Assembly (NCBI GenBank): GCA_963666985.2
Contig: CAXXIA010000001.1
Location: 992,001 to 1,056,000 of the forward strand
DNA: 64,000 bases
Direction: 5' to 3'
Source of the DNA: Spirochaetia bacterium
GTDB lineage: Bacteria; Spirochaetota; Spirochaetia; DSM-2461
The notes under the pieces were generated by a model. It was not told the origin of the DNA, did no database searches, and was given only the letters and a program-made list of their open reading frames with translations. Shown in pieces: positions 42,490 to 51,474 of the stretch (position 1 is its first letter; each line of letters starts with the position of its first letter). Made by a program: the position numbers and the translations under genes.

Positions 42490-44230
42490 TGCGGTCGCTT
42501 ACCCAGGCATCGATTCCTTTAATCCTTTCCGCCAGTTCCTTATCGGCCTTTTGATAATCGGCTCCGTTATCCGATCGGCAGGATGCGTAGAATTTTATTT
42601 TCGGTTCCGTTCCCGAAGGTCTGGCCGTAACCAGACTTCCGTCTTCCAGCACAAACTGGAGAACGTTCGACGAGGGAAGATGAATATTCTTCGAAGCAAT
42701 TCCCTCCGGTTTGGATTTCGTGGTGCCGTCTTTATAATCTCTAACCGCCGTTACGGCCAGCGAAGCAATGGACTGGGGAGGATTCTTTCGCAAAGAAGCC
42801 ATCAGGGAATCCATTACGCTCTGCCCCTCCTGCCCCTCGAAATTGCGTGAAATAAGAGATTCCCGCCAGTATCCGAAACGCGACCAGAGCTCTTCAAGAT
42901 GCTCCATTACGGTCTTGCCCCGTTCCCTGTTCCAAAGAGTCATCTCAGCCGTCATGGAGGCGGCCGAAACGGCGTCCTTGTCCCTGACTTCCGTGCCTAC
43001 CAGGTAGCCGTAGCTCTCTTCTCCGCCGAACACGTATGAATGATTGCCGTCCGCTTCGAATTGACGAATTTTTTCTCCGATGTATTTGAAGCCGGTAAGC
43101 ACACGAAAGCTCTCGGCGCCGTAGTAATCGGCGATGCGGTTCTGGAATTCGGAAGTAACGATGGTATTGATGAACACGGGGTTCGCGGGAAGATTCCCCT
43201 GCTCCTTCAGGGAACGGAAAATATAATCGGCCAGAAGAGCTCCCAGCTGATTTCCCGTTATCAGACGCCACTCGCCTTTAAACGGAACCGCGATTCCGAG
43301 CCTGTCGGCATCGGGATCGGTCGCCATAACCAAATCCGCATTCTCCCGGGCGGCCAAATCGAGCGCCATCTTCAATGCCGGGGCAATCTCGGGATTCGGG
43401 AATTCGACAGTCGGGAAATCTCCGTCGGGCTCTCTTTGCTCCGGTACGGTAATGATGTGTATTCCCAGTTTTTCAAGAACCGATTCCACGGGAACCGTTC
43501 CTGTTCCGTGAAGCGGAGAATACACGATTTTTAAATCCGAACCTCTTTTTTGAATCAGCTCGGGATTTAAAGAGAGGGAGACGACCATGTCGCGATAAGC
43601 CGTATCGATTTCATTATCAATGGGAATAATAAGGCCCTTGGCTTCCGCTTCGGCCCTATCCATGGCCGGCACCGAACCTGATACGGAGCGGACTTCCGCG
43701 ATAATCCCCTTATCATGCGGAGGAACCACCTGAGCTCCATCGGACCAATAAACTTTGTATCCGTTGTATTTCGCCGGATTATGGCTTGCCGTAACCATAA
43801 TACCCGCGCAAGCGCCGAGCCGCCGGACGGCATAGGAAAGAACCGGAGTAGGACGCAGTCCCGTGAAAAGATATGTTTTGATTCCCGAAGAGGCCAGGAC
43901 TCTCGCCGCTTCTTCGGCAAAAAGATCCGAATAATGCCGGCTGTCGTAAGAAACAACCGCGATTCTTTCGCGTTCGGGAACATGAGATTTTATATACGCG
44001 GCAAGGCCTTGAGTGGCTTTCCTGATGGTATAAGGATTTATTCTGTTGTTTCCGCCGCCGATTACACCCCTCAGGCCGCCCGTTCCGAAATCCAACTCCC
44101 GCCAGAATCGATCGGAAAGTTCTTCCCAATCCTCATTCAGCAGCAGACGACTCACCTCATCACCGAACAAAGGATGCTCTTCAAGCGCTAAATATTCTTC
44201 GGCTTTCTCTCTGATTTCTTCTTTCGTCAT
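42470..44230 (-). CDS. pgm: Phosphoglucomutase/phosphomannomutase
   Basis: FGTGGLRG, TASHNP phosphoserine loop, DPDADR, GEESYG, RPSGTEPKIKFY. Confidence 0.95.
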   Translation of the reverse strand: MTKEEIREKAEEYLALEEHPLFGDEVSRLLLNEDWEELSDRFWRELDFGTGGLRGVIGGGNNRINPYTIRKATQGLAAYIKSHVPERERIAVVSYDSRHYSDLFAEEAARVLASSGIKTYLFTGLRPTPVLSYAVRRLGACAGIMVTASHNPAKYNGYKVYWSDGAQVVPPHDKGIIAEVRSVSGSVPAMDRAEAEAKGLIIPIDNEIDTAYRDMVVSLSLNPELIQKRGSDLKIVYSPLHGTGTVPVESVLEKLGIHIITVPEQREPDGDFPTVEFPNPEIAPALKMALDLAARENADLVMATDPDADRLGIAVPFKGEWRLITGNQLGALLADYIFRSLKEQGNLPANPVFINTIVTSEFQNRIADYYGAESFRVLTGFKYIGEKIRQFEADGNHSYVFGGEESYGYLVGTEVRDKDAVSAASMTAEMTLWNRERGKTVMEHLEELWSRFGYWRESLISRNFEGQEGQSVMDSLMASLRKNPPQSIASLAVTAVRDYKDGTTKSKPEGIASKNIHLPSSNVLQFVLEDGSLVTARPSGTEPKIKFYASCRSDNGADYQKADKELAERIKGIDAWVSDRITAAGG

Positions 44231-44364
44231 TTTATTTCTCCGTTTTGCCGACGTTCCGCAAGCCCGATAAGAAGTATAAAGAATCGGCGTCTATTCTACG
44301 AATCCCGCTTCGATCATGTTTATCGGCTTTTCAGGCCGGATTCAGCGCCGTTCGATTTCCCTCT

Positions 44365-46941
44365 TTAAGGGAGTTTTTTTGCTTTCAACCTCTCCAATGC
44401 CCAGTATGTATATTTTCTGACCTTTTTGTCCGGATCATTCTGCAATGATTTTAAAATATTCTCACCCTCCGGTGAGGCAAGCGATTCCAAGGCTTTCGTA
44501 ACCTTTATTCGGACTTCTCTGTCGGGATCTCTGGCCGCGAGGACGATTCCTCTGTAAGCGGATTCCGTTGCGATTTGTGCAAGAAGTTCCGCCGCATCCC
44601 TTCTTACTTCCGGTTTTCGATGCCCCAATCGTCTGATGAGGATTTCAACAAATCCGGTCCGGGTCAGGATGTCGGCCAAAAGAGGCTTTATGGAGCCGAT
44701 GTCCTCTTTGAGTAAATTGACAAGAGCCTCTTCACCCGATTCACCCATAGCCTTAAAAACCGCGGCGATTCGATCCCTAAGAACGGCTTCCGAGTCTTTG
44801 AAATGTTCAACAAGAGCCGTGATTGATTTTTTATCGGTCTTCGCGGCCATGGCGGCAATCAGTTCTTCCCGAAGATCCCTTCCCTCATAAAGGAACTCAA
44901 CCATGACATCAACGGATTCTTTGGCGGTACTCGCCGAAAGCCCTTCGAGAGCGGCATTTCGAACTGCGGGAGATTCGTTCATATCGGTTAGGATTGACCG
45001 CAGCGCCCCGATGAATTTTTCCGTTGCTTTTATCCCGGCAGCTCGGGCCGCATCGCACCGAACGCGTTCAACAGGATCGCGAATCAAATCCAGAACCTGG
45101 GGTGTGGCCTTCAGTTCATCCGCATCCATTAAGGCCCTCAAGCATGCGATGCGGACATCGGGATCGGCATCTTTCAGACCTTCCCTGATCCTGGCTCCAA
45201 AAACACTAATGTAATTCGCCGGAAGACTTGCGATTAGCGCCGCGCGTATACCGGAATCCGGAGAAGAAAGGATGAACCCCGCTCGCTCCTCGAACGCCTT
45301 TTGGTTAATTGCGGCCAAATGCGGCGCAAACGAACGAGCCTCTTCCAAAGGTAGAATGGGCAGATTTTCCAATAAAATCTGCAGTGTTTGGTCCAAATGC
45401 CAGCCGGCAAGACATTTCAGCGCTCTGAGTCTGACATTATGTGAATAGACGGCTCGATCCGATTCCAAAATATCCAAAATCTTTCCAAGGAACATTGAAG
45501 AGGGCAGCCGTACCATGATGGAAACAAATGTCTCATCAGCCGGGAAATCCGGATCGGCGAGGAACTCCAGAAGAACATCACGGAACACCGGTGCTTCGCC
45601 GGGCGGAAGAAGGGGCAGAATGAACCCAAGAACATCGCCGTCCTTCTTTCTTGCGCGAAGCTCATCCCTGACCAAAGCACGGGCCGAATCATCTCCGCGG
45701 ACACAGGCCAGAGTCATCGCGGTTCGGTACAGCTCTTCCTCATCAGCTTCTTTTATGGGATCCGTTCTGCCGAAAGCCTTGGAAGCCAAAGCACCGATAA
45801 GACGATTATCTCCGCCGTCGGTCAGCAATTTGGCTCCGAGAAGAAGCACATCGGTTTTTTCGATTCCTTTTATTTTCTCCAGAAAGCCCGTAACACCGAC
45901 GGATACCGCTTTGGAAAGAAGATCTCTTCGACGTTCCCAGTCCTCCCGGTCTCCCCGATTCGCTTCGGTTAAGATTCTTTCGAGACTTCCGGATTTTTCA
46001 AGGAATCGTGCCGCGGCCAACCGTGATTCGACAGTTTTTCCCCGGAGCGCGGAAATAGCGACATTCTCGTCTTCTTTTGAGCCGATTTTGAGCAATTCGA
46101 GAACATGAACCGATTGAAGGGCGTTCATCCCCGCAGGATCAAGCCTCCAACGCTCCGGAAACAGCGAATCGATTCGTTTACGCGCGCTCCGACGGACTTC
46201 GGGAACCGGATCGTCGAGAACCATATTCATAAGAGCTCCGAAAAGCTCTTCCGGATCGTCCGCCGCGATCTCCGAAGCGACGGTTTTCCGAATCAAAGGA
46301 TGCGGATCGCTAAAAGCGGCTTTCAGCAGTCGGATGGATTTGGGATCGCTGTCCGACAAAAGAACGCGAACGGCGAAAAATCGAACGGGCCATTCCGGAT
46401 CGCCCGAAAGCTCCCGAAGCCCTTCGAAACAGGAAGAAAGGAGTTTTTTTGCCTTATGTCCGTCGAAATCACGGCCATGGGCGGTGAGCGCCATTTCCCT
46501 GATAACCAGAATATCGTTGATTTCCTGCACCCAGGACTTGAATACATGAAAAATGGACTCTTTCTTCAGGGCTAAAAGAAAAACATGAAAAGCACCTTCT
46601 TTGGGAGCCAGCTTTAAAATACGCTTGGCATGATCCGTTCGATGAGCGGCGTCGAGTTTACGGACCAAGTGATCGAGAACACCGAAATGAGAGATGATGA
46701 TATCTCCCTTTTTTCTTATCAGGGTTTCGATTATGGAAGGTCTTGAGAGAAGTTTCTCTGTGAAAGCCGGATCGGTTTGATTGAGTTCCAGCTTACTTAA
46801 GGCCGTTTTTAAAATCTTTCTTCTTCGAACCATCACGATGAGAACCATGATGATGACGACGATCACGATCGCGATCAAAGCCCAAACCCACATATCAATT
46901 TGCGGAACGAATTCTGCAAATTTCAAGCTTATCTCTTTCAT
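44365..46941 (-). CDS. Membrane-anchored HEAT/PBS-repeat protein
   Basis: One N-terminal TM helix; many DP.P.VR..A repeats. Confidence 0.85.
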   Translation of the reverse strand: MKEISLKFAEFVPQIDMWVWALIAIVIVVIIMVLIVMVRRRKILKTALSKLELNQTDPAFTEKLLSRPSIIETLIRKKGDIIISHFGVLDHLVRKLDAAHRTDHAKRILKLAPKEGAFHVFLLALKKESIFHVFKSWVQEINDILVIREMALTAHGRDFDGHKAKKLLSSCFEGLRELSGDPEWPVRFFAVRVLLSDSDPKSIRLLKAAFSDPHPLIRKTVASEIAADDPEELFGALMNMVLDDPVPEVRRSARKRIDSLFPERWRLDPAGMNALQSVHVLELLKIGSKEDENVAISALRGKTVESRLAAARFLEKSGSLERILTEANRGDREDWERRRDLLSKAVSVGVTGFLEKIKGIEKTDVLLLGAKLLTDGGDNRLIGALASKAFGRTDPIKEADEEELYRTAMTLACVRGDDSARALVRDELRARKKDGDVLGFILPLLPPGEAPVFRDVLLEFLADPDFPADETFVSIMVRLPSSMFLGKILDILESDRAVYSHNVRLRALKCLAGWHLDQTLQILLENLPILPLEEARSFAPHLAAINQKAFEERAGFILSSPDSGIRAALIASLPANYISVFGARIREGLKDADPDVRIACLRALMDADELKATPQVLDLIRDPVERVRCDAARAAGIKATEKFIGALRSILTDMNESPAVRNAALEGLSASTAKESVDVMVEFLYEGRDLREELIAAMAAKTDKKSITALVEHFKDSEAVLRDRIAAVFKAMGESGEEALVNLLKEDIGSIKPLLADILTRTGFVEILIRRLGHRKPEVRRDAAELLAQIATESAYRGIVLAARDPDREVRIKVTKALESLASPEGENILKSLQNDPDKKVRKYTYWALERLKAKKLP

Positions 46942-48512
46942 CAGTTGAATCCCTTCACGTTGAAGATAACCACCGGCTTCTCCTTCCCCTTAACCTTAAC
47001 AGGTTTTCTTTCCTCGATTTTAAAGGCGTCACCGAGCAAATCCCGCGTTTGACTTGTAATAATGATTTCTTCGGCGGTCGCTACGCTTTCAAGTCGTGCC
47101 GCCGTATTTACAGTATCTCCAAGGACCGTGTAATCCATTCGCCGATGAGAACCGACATTCCCGGCAACGAGTGGACCGGAAGCCATGCCGATCGATATTT
47201 TCAAATTGGAAGCGTCACCTTTAAAGAAAGTACGATTACCGGATCTGACCAGCTCATGGATTCTTAAGGCGGTCGCTACGGCCAGCTTCGCATCTTCTTC
47301 CTCGGTCTTCATGGGAACACCCCAAGCCGCCATAATACAGTCACCGATGAATTTATCGATATACCCATGATTATCGATAACCAGTTCCACGGCTTCATTG
47401 AAGAATTCGTTGAGAACTTCGATGATGTATTGAGGATCTTTCCCCTCCGAAAACGCCGTATATCCGGTAATGTCGGCGAAAAAAACCGTCGCGTTTTTTT
47501 TGTCTCCCCCGGGTTTTACCAACTCGGGATTTTCCGTAAGACTCTTTACCAAATCCTGTGAGAGATAGCGCGAAAACATATCTTTGATATGCCGTCTTTG
47601 TTCAACCGCCGTATCGGCTTGGGCTTTAAGAGCCCTTTCTCGAGTTTGGTCCGTGAACAGAAGCGTCAGTCCGTCGTTTTGTCCTTGCGAAGATTTCAGC
47701 GGAGCAATATTCAGGGAATAATCCATATCCTCGGAATCTTCCCGCTTCAAAATACCTTCCAATCCCGCGTATTCGCTGTTGTCCGTTCCCGCTTTTGCGA
47801 CCGCGCCCAGGATATGTTTTCCGAGCCCCTTTCCGAACTTATCGGTAAAAATCCTGCCGATATCGGATTCATTTAAACCCAGACTTTCCTCGGCGGCTCT
47901 GTTGAAATATTGGATTGTTCCGTTTTTATCGGTTGTTACCAGAAGATTGGTCATGGATTGGAAAATCGATGCCTGGTAACGTTCGAGAGACTCAATCTTG
48001 GCAAGATATTCTTTCAGTTCCTTCATCAGCCGAGCGTTTTCCAGCAAACCTCCGGCCAACCGAGTCAACGAGTCAAGATATCTGAATTTCTGATTTCCGA
48101 AATGATTTGAAGAGCGGCTGTTGAGAAACAGAGCTCCGATGCACTTTTTTTTTGTCTTTACGGGAAGAACGATTGCGCTCTTCATCTCTTCGGATAAAAA
48201 TATTTCGGAGAAAAAATGATTAGATCCCCGATCGGAAACGACAACGGCTTCTCCGCACTCCTCCAGGAACTCCATAATCTCCGTTCCCGCCGGGATTGCT
48301 TTCGGAACATCCCTCAAGCCCCTTCGGTAAACCAGCTTTAAAGAGCCCGCGGATGTTTCGGGATTCTCATATATATACAAACAGGCCAAATCCGAACGGG
48401 AATAATCGGCCGATTGTTCTACAAGGACGGATACCAGATTCTTGAAATCCGATTCGGCGGAAAGCCTACCGCTGGCTCTGACCAATTCATCAAGTACCGA
48501 AATCTTGTTCAT
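46941..48512 (-). CDS. GAF-PAS class III adenylate cyclase
   Basis: GAF, PAS (YFNRAAE, DQT), FADITGYT, DKFIGDCIMA, DYTVLGDTVNTAARLE. Confidence 0.92.
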   Translation of the reverse strand: MNKISVLDELVRASGRLSAESDFKNLVSVLVEQSADYSRSDLACLYIYENPETSAGSLKLVYRRGLRDVPKAIPAGTEIMEFLEECGEAVVVSDRGSNHFFSEIFLSEEMKSAIVLPVKTKKKCIGALFLNSRSSNHFGNQKFRYLDSLTRLAGGLLENARLMKELKEYLAKIESLERYQASIFQSMTNLLVTTDKNGTIQYFNRAAEESLGLNESDIGRIFTDKFGKGLGKHILGAVAKAGTDNSEYAGLEGILKREDSEDMDYSLNIAPLKSSQGQNDGLTLLFTDQTRERALKAQADTAVEQRRHIKDMFSRYLSQDLVKSLTENPELVKPGGDKKNATVFFADITGYTAFSEGKDPQYIIEVLNEFFNEAVELVIDNHGYIDKFIGDCIMAAWGVPMKTEEEDAKLAVATALRIHELVRSGNRTFFKGDASNLKISIGMASGPLVAGNVGSHRRMDYTVLGDTVNTAARLESVATAEEIIITSQTRDLLGDAFKIEERKPVKVKGKEKPVVIFNVKGFN

Positions 48513-48563
48513 TGCTCTATTATACAAATAATAATTTTAGAAAGTGATAAATTCTCAAAAAGG

Positions 48564-48842
48564 TTAAGCCGTTTGATGCGCCATTTTCAGATCATCGGCA
48601 TACTTGAATAAACCCGTATGCGCGTTCCACGGACGTCCCTGGTCATCGATAACAACAAGGTGCCTTCCGTCTTCGCTTATCCCCATTACCGGATAAACTC
48701 TGCCGGGCGTAAGCCTTTGTTTCGCATCCGAATAGGGGTTTTCCAAATCATCAAACAGCAATCCCGTCTCGGTTTCCCGGCAGCGTTCTTTAAAATTATC
48801 TTTAAGAGTTACATAAAAACAAACCGGAGGTACTTCAATCAT
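48564..48842 (-). CDS. Small hypothetical protein, SH3-like barrel pattern
   Basis: LTPGRVYPV..LVVIDDQG..F; ATGA overlap with the sigma factor gene. Confidence 0.65.
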   Translation of the reverse strand: MIEVPPVCFYVTLKDNFKERCRETETGLLFDDLENPYSDAKQRLTPGRVYPVMGISEDGRHLVVIDDQGRPWNAHTGLFKYADDLKMAHQTA

Positions 48843-49816
48843 ACATAATCCTTCAATTCTCTTATCGCCGGAAAGTTTTTCAGCTTATTGATGGCTTTTT
48901 CCTGAATTTGTCTGACGCGTTCGCGGGTAATCCCGAGCATTTTTCCGGTTTCTTCCAAAGTCAGCGGACCTTCTCCGGCGAGTCCGAATCGAAGCTGAAT
49001 GATTCTCTTTTCCCGATCGTTCAGCTGATCGAGAACCTGATCGAGCGTATCCTGCAGACTGGAGGTAAAGACCGATTCAACAGGTTCCGGTGAACTTTCG
49101 TCTTTTATGAGTTCCGAAAGCCTGGTTACATGATCATCGTCGACGGTTGTGTCCAAACTCGCCGTTTCCTGAGAAAGCTTCATGATTTCTTTAACCTTTT
49201 CTTCCGAAAGGTTCATGTATTTGGCCAATTCTTTTTCCGTCGGTTCTCTTCCCAATTCCTGCTGAAGCTGCTTTGAAACGAAAAACGTCTTTTTAATCGT
49301 ATTGAGCATGTGGATGGGTATACGGATTACCCGCGCCTTATCGGCAAGTGATTTGATAATGGCCTGGCGTATCCACCATGTACCGTAAGTTGAAAAACGG
49401 CATCCTCTCTTATAGTCAAATCGATCAACCGCTTCGATGAGTCCGATATTTCCCTCGTTGATAAGGTCTAAAAGGCTCATGCCTCTGTTCTGGTACTTTT
49501 TCGCAATGGAAACGACCAATCTGAGATTTGATTTAATCATCAAACTCTTCTGATCAAAAAGCAGTTCTTCCATATAAGCTTTGCGTTCAAGATAAGCATT
49601 GTTGTCGATGTTCTCTTTGTGCCTTTCTTCTTCAAGTTCGACGAGAGATGATTTATAGCGGGAAATATTCTGTCCTATATCCTGTTCCTGATTAATGGTT
49701 AAGAGCGAATATCGGGAAATCTGTTTTAAATATAATGCGAGAGGATCGGATTCGGCTTGAGCTTCAACAAAATCATTCCCATCCGTTAAAACGCCGGACT
49801 CTTCAATATCTGTCAT
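48839..49816 (-). CDS. rpoS: RpoS-like group 2 sigma-70 factor
   Basis: Region 1.2 (SDPLALYLKQI), NLRLVVSIAKKY, RFSTYGTWWIRQAI, TRERVRQI; no region 1.1. Confidence 0.8.
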   Translation of the reverse strand: MTDIEESGVLTDGNDFVEAQAESDPLALYLKQISRYSLLTINQEQDIGQNISRYKSSLVELEEERHKENIDNNAYLERKAYMEELLFDQKSLMIKSNLRLVVSIAKKYQNRGMSLLDLINEGNIGLIEAVDRFDYKRGCRFSTYGTWWIRQAIIKSLADKARVIRIPIHMLNTIKKTFFVSKQLQQELGREPTEKELAKYMNLSEEKVKEIMKLSQETASLDTTVDDDHVTRLSELIKDESSPEPVESVFTSSLQDTLDQVLDQLNDREKRIIQLRFGLAGEGPLTLEETGKMLGITRERVRQIQEKAINKLKNFPAIRELKDYV

Positions 49817-49830
49817 ATTTTTTTCCGAAT

Positions 49831-50658
49831 TCAGCCGCGAGGGGCATTCTCAGGAGATACGGGGACACCACCTTTAAAAACGGAAAAATACATTTCCCGT
49901 CTTCCGCCCTCGGGACCGGCATCACCTAATCTCCCTATTCGATTTCCTGCGGAAATATCCTGACCTACGTTTACAAACAGATCTTCATTTCCGCCATATA
50001 AGTAAATATAACCGTCGGAATCAATTAACACAACGTTTCCGAAGCCTCGGTACGGCCCCGTCCAAACAACATTCCCCGCGGATACCGCGCAAACATAACT
50101 TTTTGCATCCGCTTCGATACTGACACCGACAAGTTTGCCGTCAAGGGGCCTTTTTAACCCGGAGACAGGCCATTGGGGTACTTCAACCATAACAGGTGTT
50201 TCTTTCGGTTGAGATGAAGGACGAGGATTTGGAGGTGCGGGTTGAATATCGCCACCGGTTACCTTCCTTACGATAAGAGTTTCGCCCACTCTGAGAATGC
50301 GGCCGGTATTTCTTCCGTTCAATGCAAGAAGTTCATCGACGCTTAACCCATGTTTTCCCGCGATTGAGTAATAAGTATCGCCGGGAACAACGGTATGAAG
50401 ATCAACTTCATCGGAAACCGTTGTGTCGGATACGGCATCAATTCCGGGGATGATGAGTCTCATCCCGACCGATAATAATGAAGGATTTGAGATTCCGTTC
50501 TCCGAAAGAAGTACGTCAACATCAATTCCATATTTTTTGGAGAGTGAATAAAGCGTTTCACCCGCCTCTAATACGTGGACTTTATCCGTGCCGTAAGCAC
50601 CGGCAATCGTGATTATCGCCAATAAAAAGGAGAATCCTCGTTTCATTATGTTGCCCAT
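49831..50658 (-). CDS. LysM x2 + M23-like protein (NlpD-like)
   Basis: Two LysM motifs (GETLYSLSKKYG, GDTYYSIAGKHG) and a degenerate M23 domain. Confidence 0.85.
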   Translation of the reverse strand: MGNIMKRGFSFLLAIITIAGAYGTDKVHVLEAGETLYSLSKKYGIDVDVLLSENGISNPSLLSVGMRLIIPGIDAVSDTTVSDEVDLHTVVPGDTYYSIAGKHGLSVDELLALNGRNTGRILRVGETLIVRKVTGGDIQPAPPNPRPSSQPKETPVMVEVPQWPVSGLKRPLDGKLVGVSIEADAKSYVCAVSAGNVVWTGPYRGFGNVVLIDSDGYIYLYGGNEDLFVNVGQDISAGNRIGRLGDAGPEGGRREMYFSVFKGGVPVSPENAPRG

Positions 50659-50916
50659 ACGGTTTCATCATCGGCTGATGAGCGCTCAGGGATAAACCGC
50701 GAGATGATTTTTGGCGGAATATTTATTTCGAAGTTTTTTATCGGGATGGTGGGATTTCCCGGCGGTTCGGACTTCCGCATGCATCCTTGGCATCCTCTTT
50801 TTCGCTATTGCTCGGCGTCCTCACCCTTCGCTTCGCGGCAATCGGCGCCGGCTCGGCAATATCCGATTGCTTGTCCGCCGCCCTCGCACTCCTTGATTGT
50901 CAAATCCCGCTTATAT

Positions 50917-50956
50917 AAAAAAAGGCCCGCCGAGCTTACGCCCAACGGACCTTTTT
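50917..50956 (-). terminator. Duplicate terminator inside the second repeat module
   Basis: Identical to 51098-51137. Confidence 0.8.
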
Positions 50957-51097
50957 ATCGGGATGGTGGGATTTCCCTCCGGCCTTCGCCTTCCTAACGA
51001 AGGCCGCCGGGCCGCTGGTTCGGACTTCCACATGCATCCTTGGCATGCTCTTCCTCGCTATTGCTCGGCGTCCTCACCCTTCAAATCCCGCTTATAT

Positions 51098-51137
51098 AAA
51101 AAAAGGCCCGCCGAGCTTACGCCCAACGGACCTTTTT
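51098..51137 (-). terminator. Intrinsic terminator after the tRNA operon
   Basis: GGTCCGTTGGGC-GTAA-GCTCGGCGGGCC-T7; GU wobbles work only on the minus strand; GNRA loop. Confidence 0.85.
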
Positions 51138-51138
51138 A

Positions 51139-51210
51139 TCGGGATGGTGGGATTTGAACCCACGGCCTCCTCGTCCCGAACGAGGCGCGCTCCCCCTGCG
51201 CTACATCCCG
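51139..51210 (-). tRNA. tRNA-Pro(CGG), CCA not encoded
   Basis: CGGGATG acceptor stem, CCTCG-TTCGGGA-CGAGG anticodon arm, GGTTCAAATCC T arm. Confidence 0.93.
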
Positions 51211-51213
51211 AAG

Positions 51214-51290
51214 TGGCGGAAGTGACGGGGGTCGAACCCGCGATCTCCGGCTTGACAGGCCGGCGCGATAACCAGCTTCGCTACACCTCC
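51214..51290 (-). tRNA. tRNA-Asp(GTC), CCA encoded
   Basis: GGAGGTG acceptor stem, CCGGC-CTGTCAA-GCCGG, GGTTCGACCCC, ends GCCA. Confidence 0.95.
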
Positions 51291-51300
51291 GAGCTGAGAC

Positions 51301-51377
51301 ACAATAGCGGAAACTTATCGGGGCGTCAACTAAAGCGCACTCTTGCGTTGACGCCGGTCCCTGACGCGTGGTATTTT
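51301..51377. promoter_or_regulatory. Back-to-back sigma70 promoters (tRNA operon on -, PpiD-like gene on +)
   Basis: Minus strand: TTGACG-17-TATTGT (51329-51301). Plus strand: TTGACG-18-TATTTT with TGn extension (51348-51377). Confidence 0.65.
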
Positions 51378-51474
51378 CCCATGGAGTTTCACTTTGCACC
51401 GTCTTGGACGGTAGTATCCGAATGACTTCAACCAAATGGCCGTACGACCATCCGGCCATTCCACGGAAGGTTTC

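Larger units (their letters stand above)
50735..51155 (-). repeat. tRNA-Pro-linked tandem repeat array (2 modules, 3 copies of the tRNA 3' end)
   Basis: TTTTTATCGGGATGGTGGGATTT at 50735, 50952 and 51133; 75-bp identity 50900-50974 = 51081-51155; 62/66 identity 50764-50829 vs 51017-51082. Confidence 0.95.

Noticed and set aside
50668..50696. Sigma28 promoter for the nlpD-like gene (GCCGATGA on the minus strand)
   Set aside because: No TAAA -35 element at the expected spacing; too weak to call.
50735..51155. CRISPR array
   Set aside because: The 23-bp repeat is the tRNA 3' end, the intervening 158-194 bp segments are homologous to each other, and no cas genes are present.
50735..51210. Prophage or genomic island at tRNA-Pro
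   Set aside because: att-like repeats enclose only about 200 bp each; no integrase or cargo, and flanking genes look like core genes.
50704..51459. Short ORFs over the repeat and tRNA region
   Set aside because: They overlap tRNAs and terminators; their repeated peptides simply reflect the DNA repeat.
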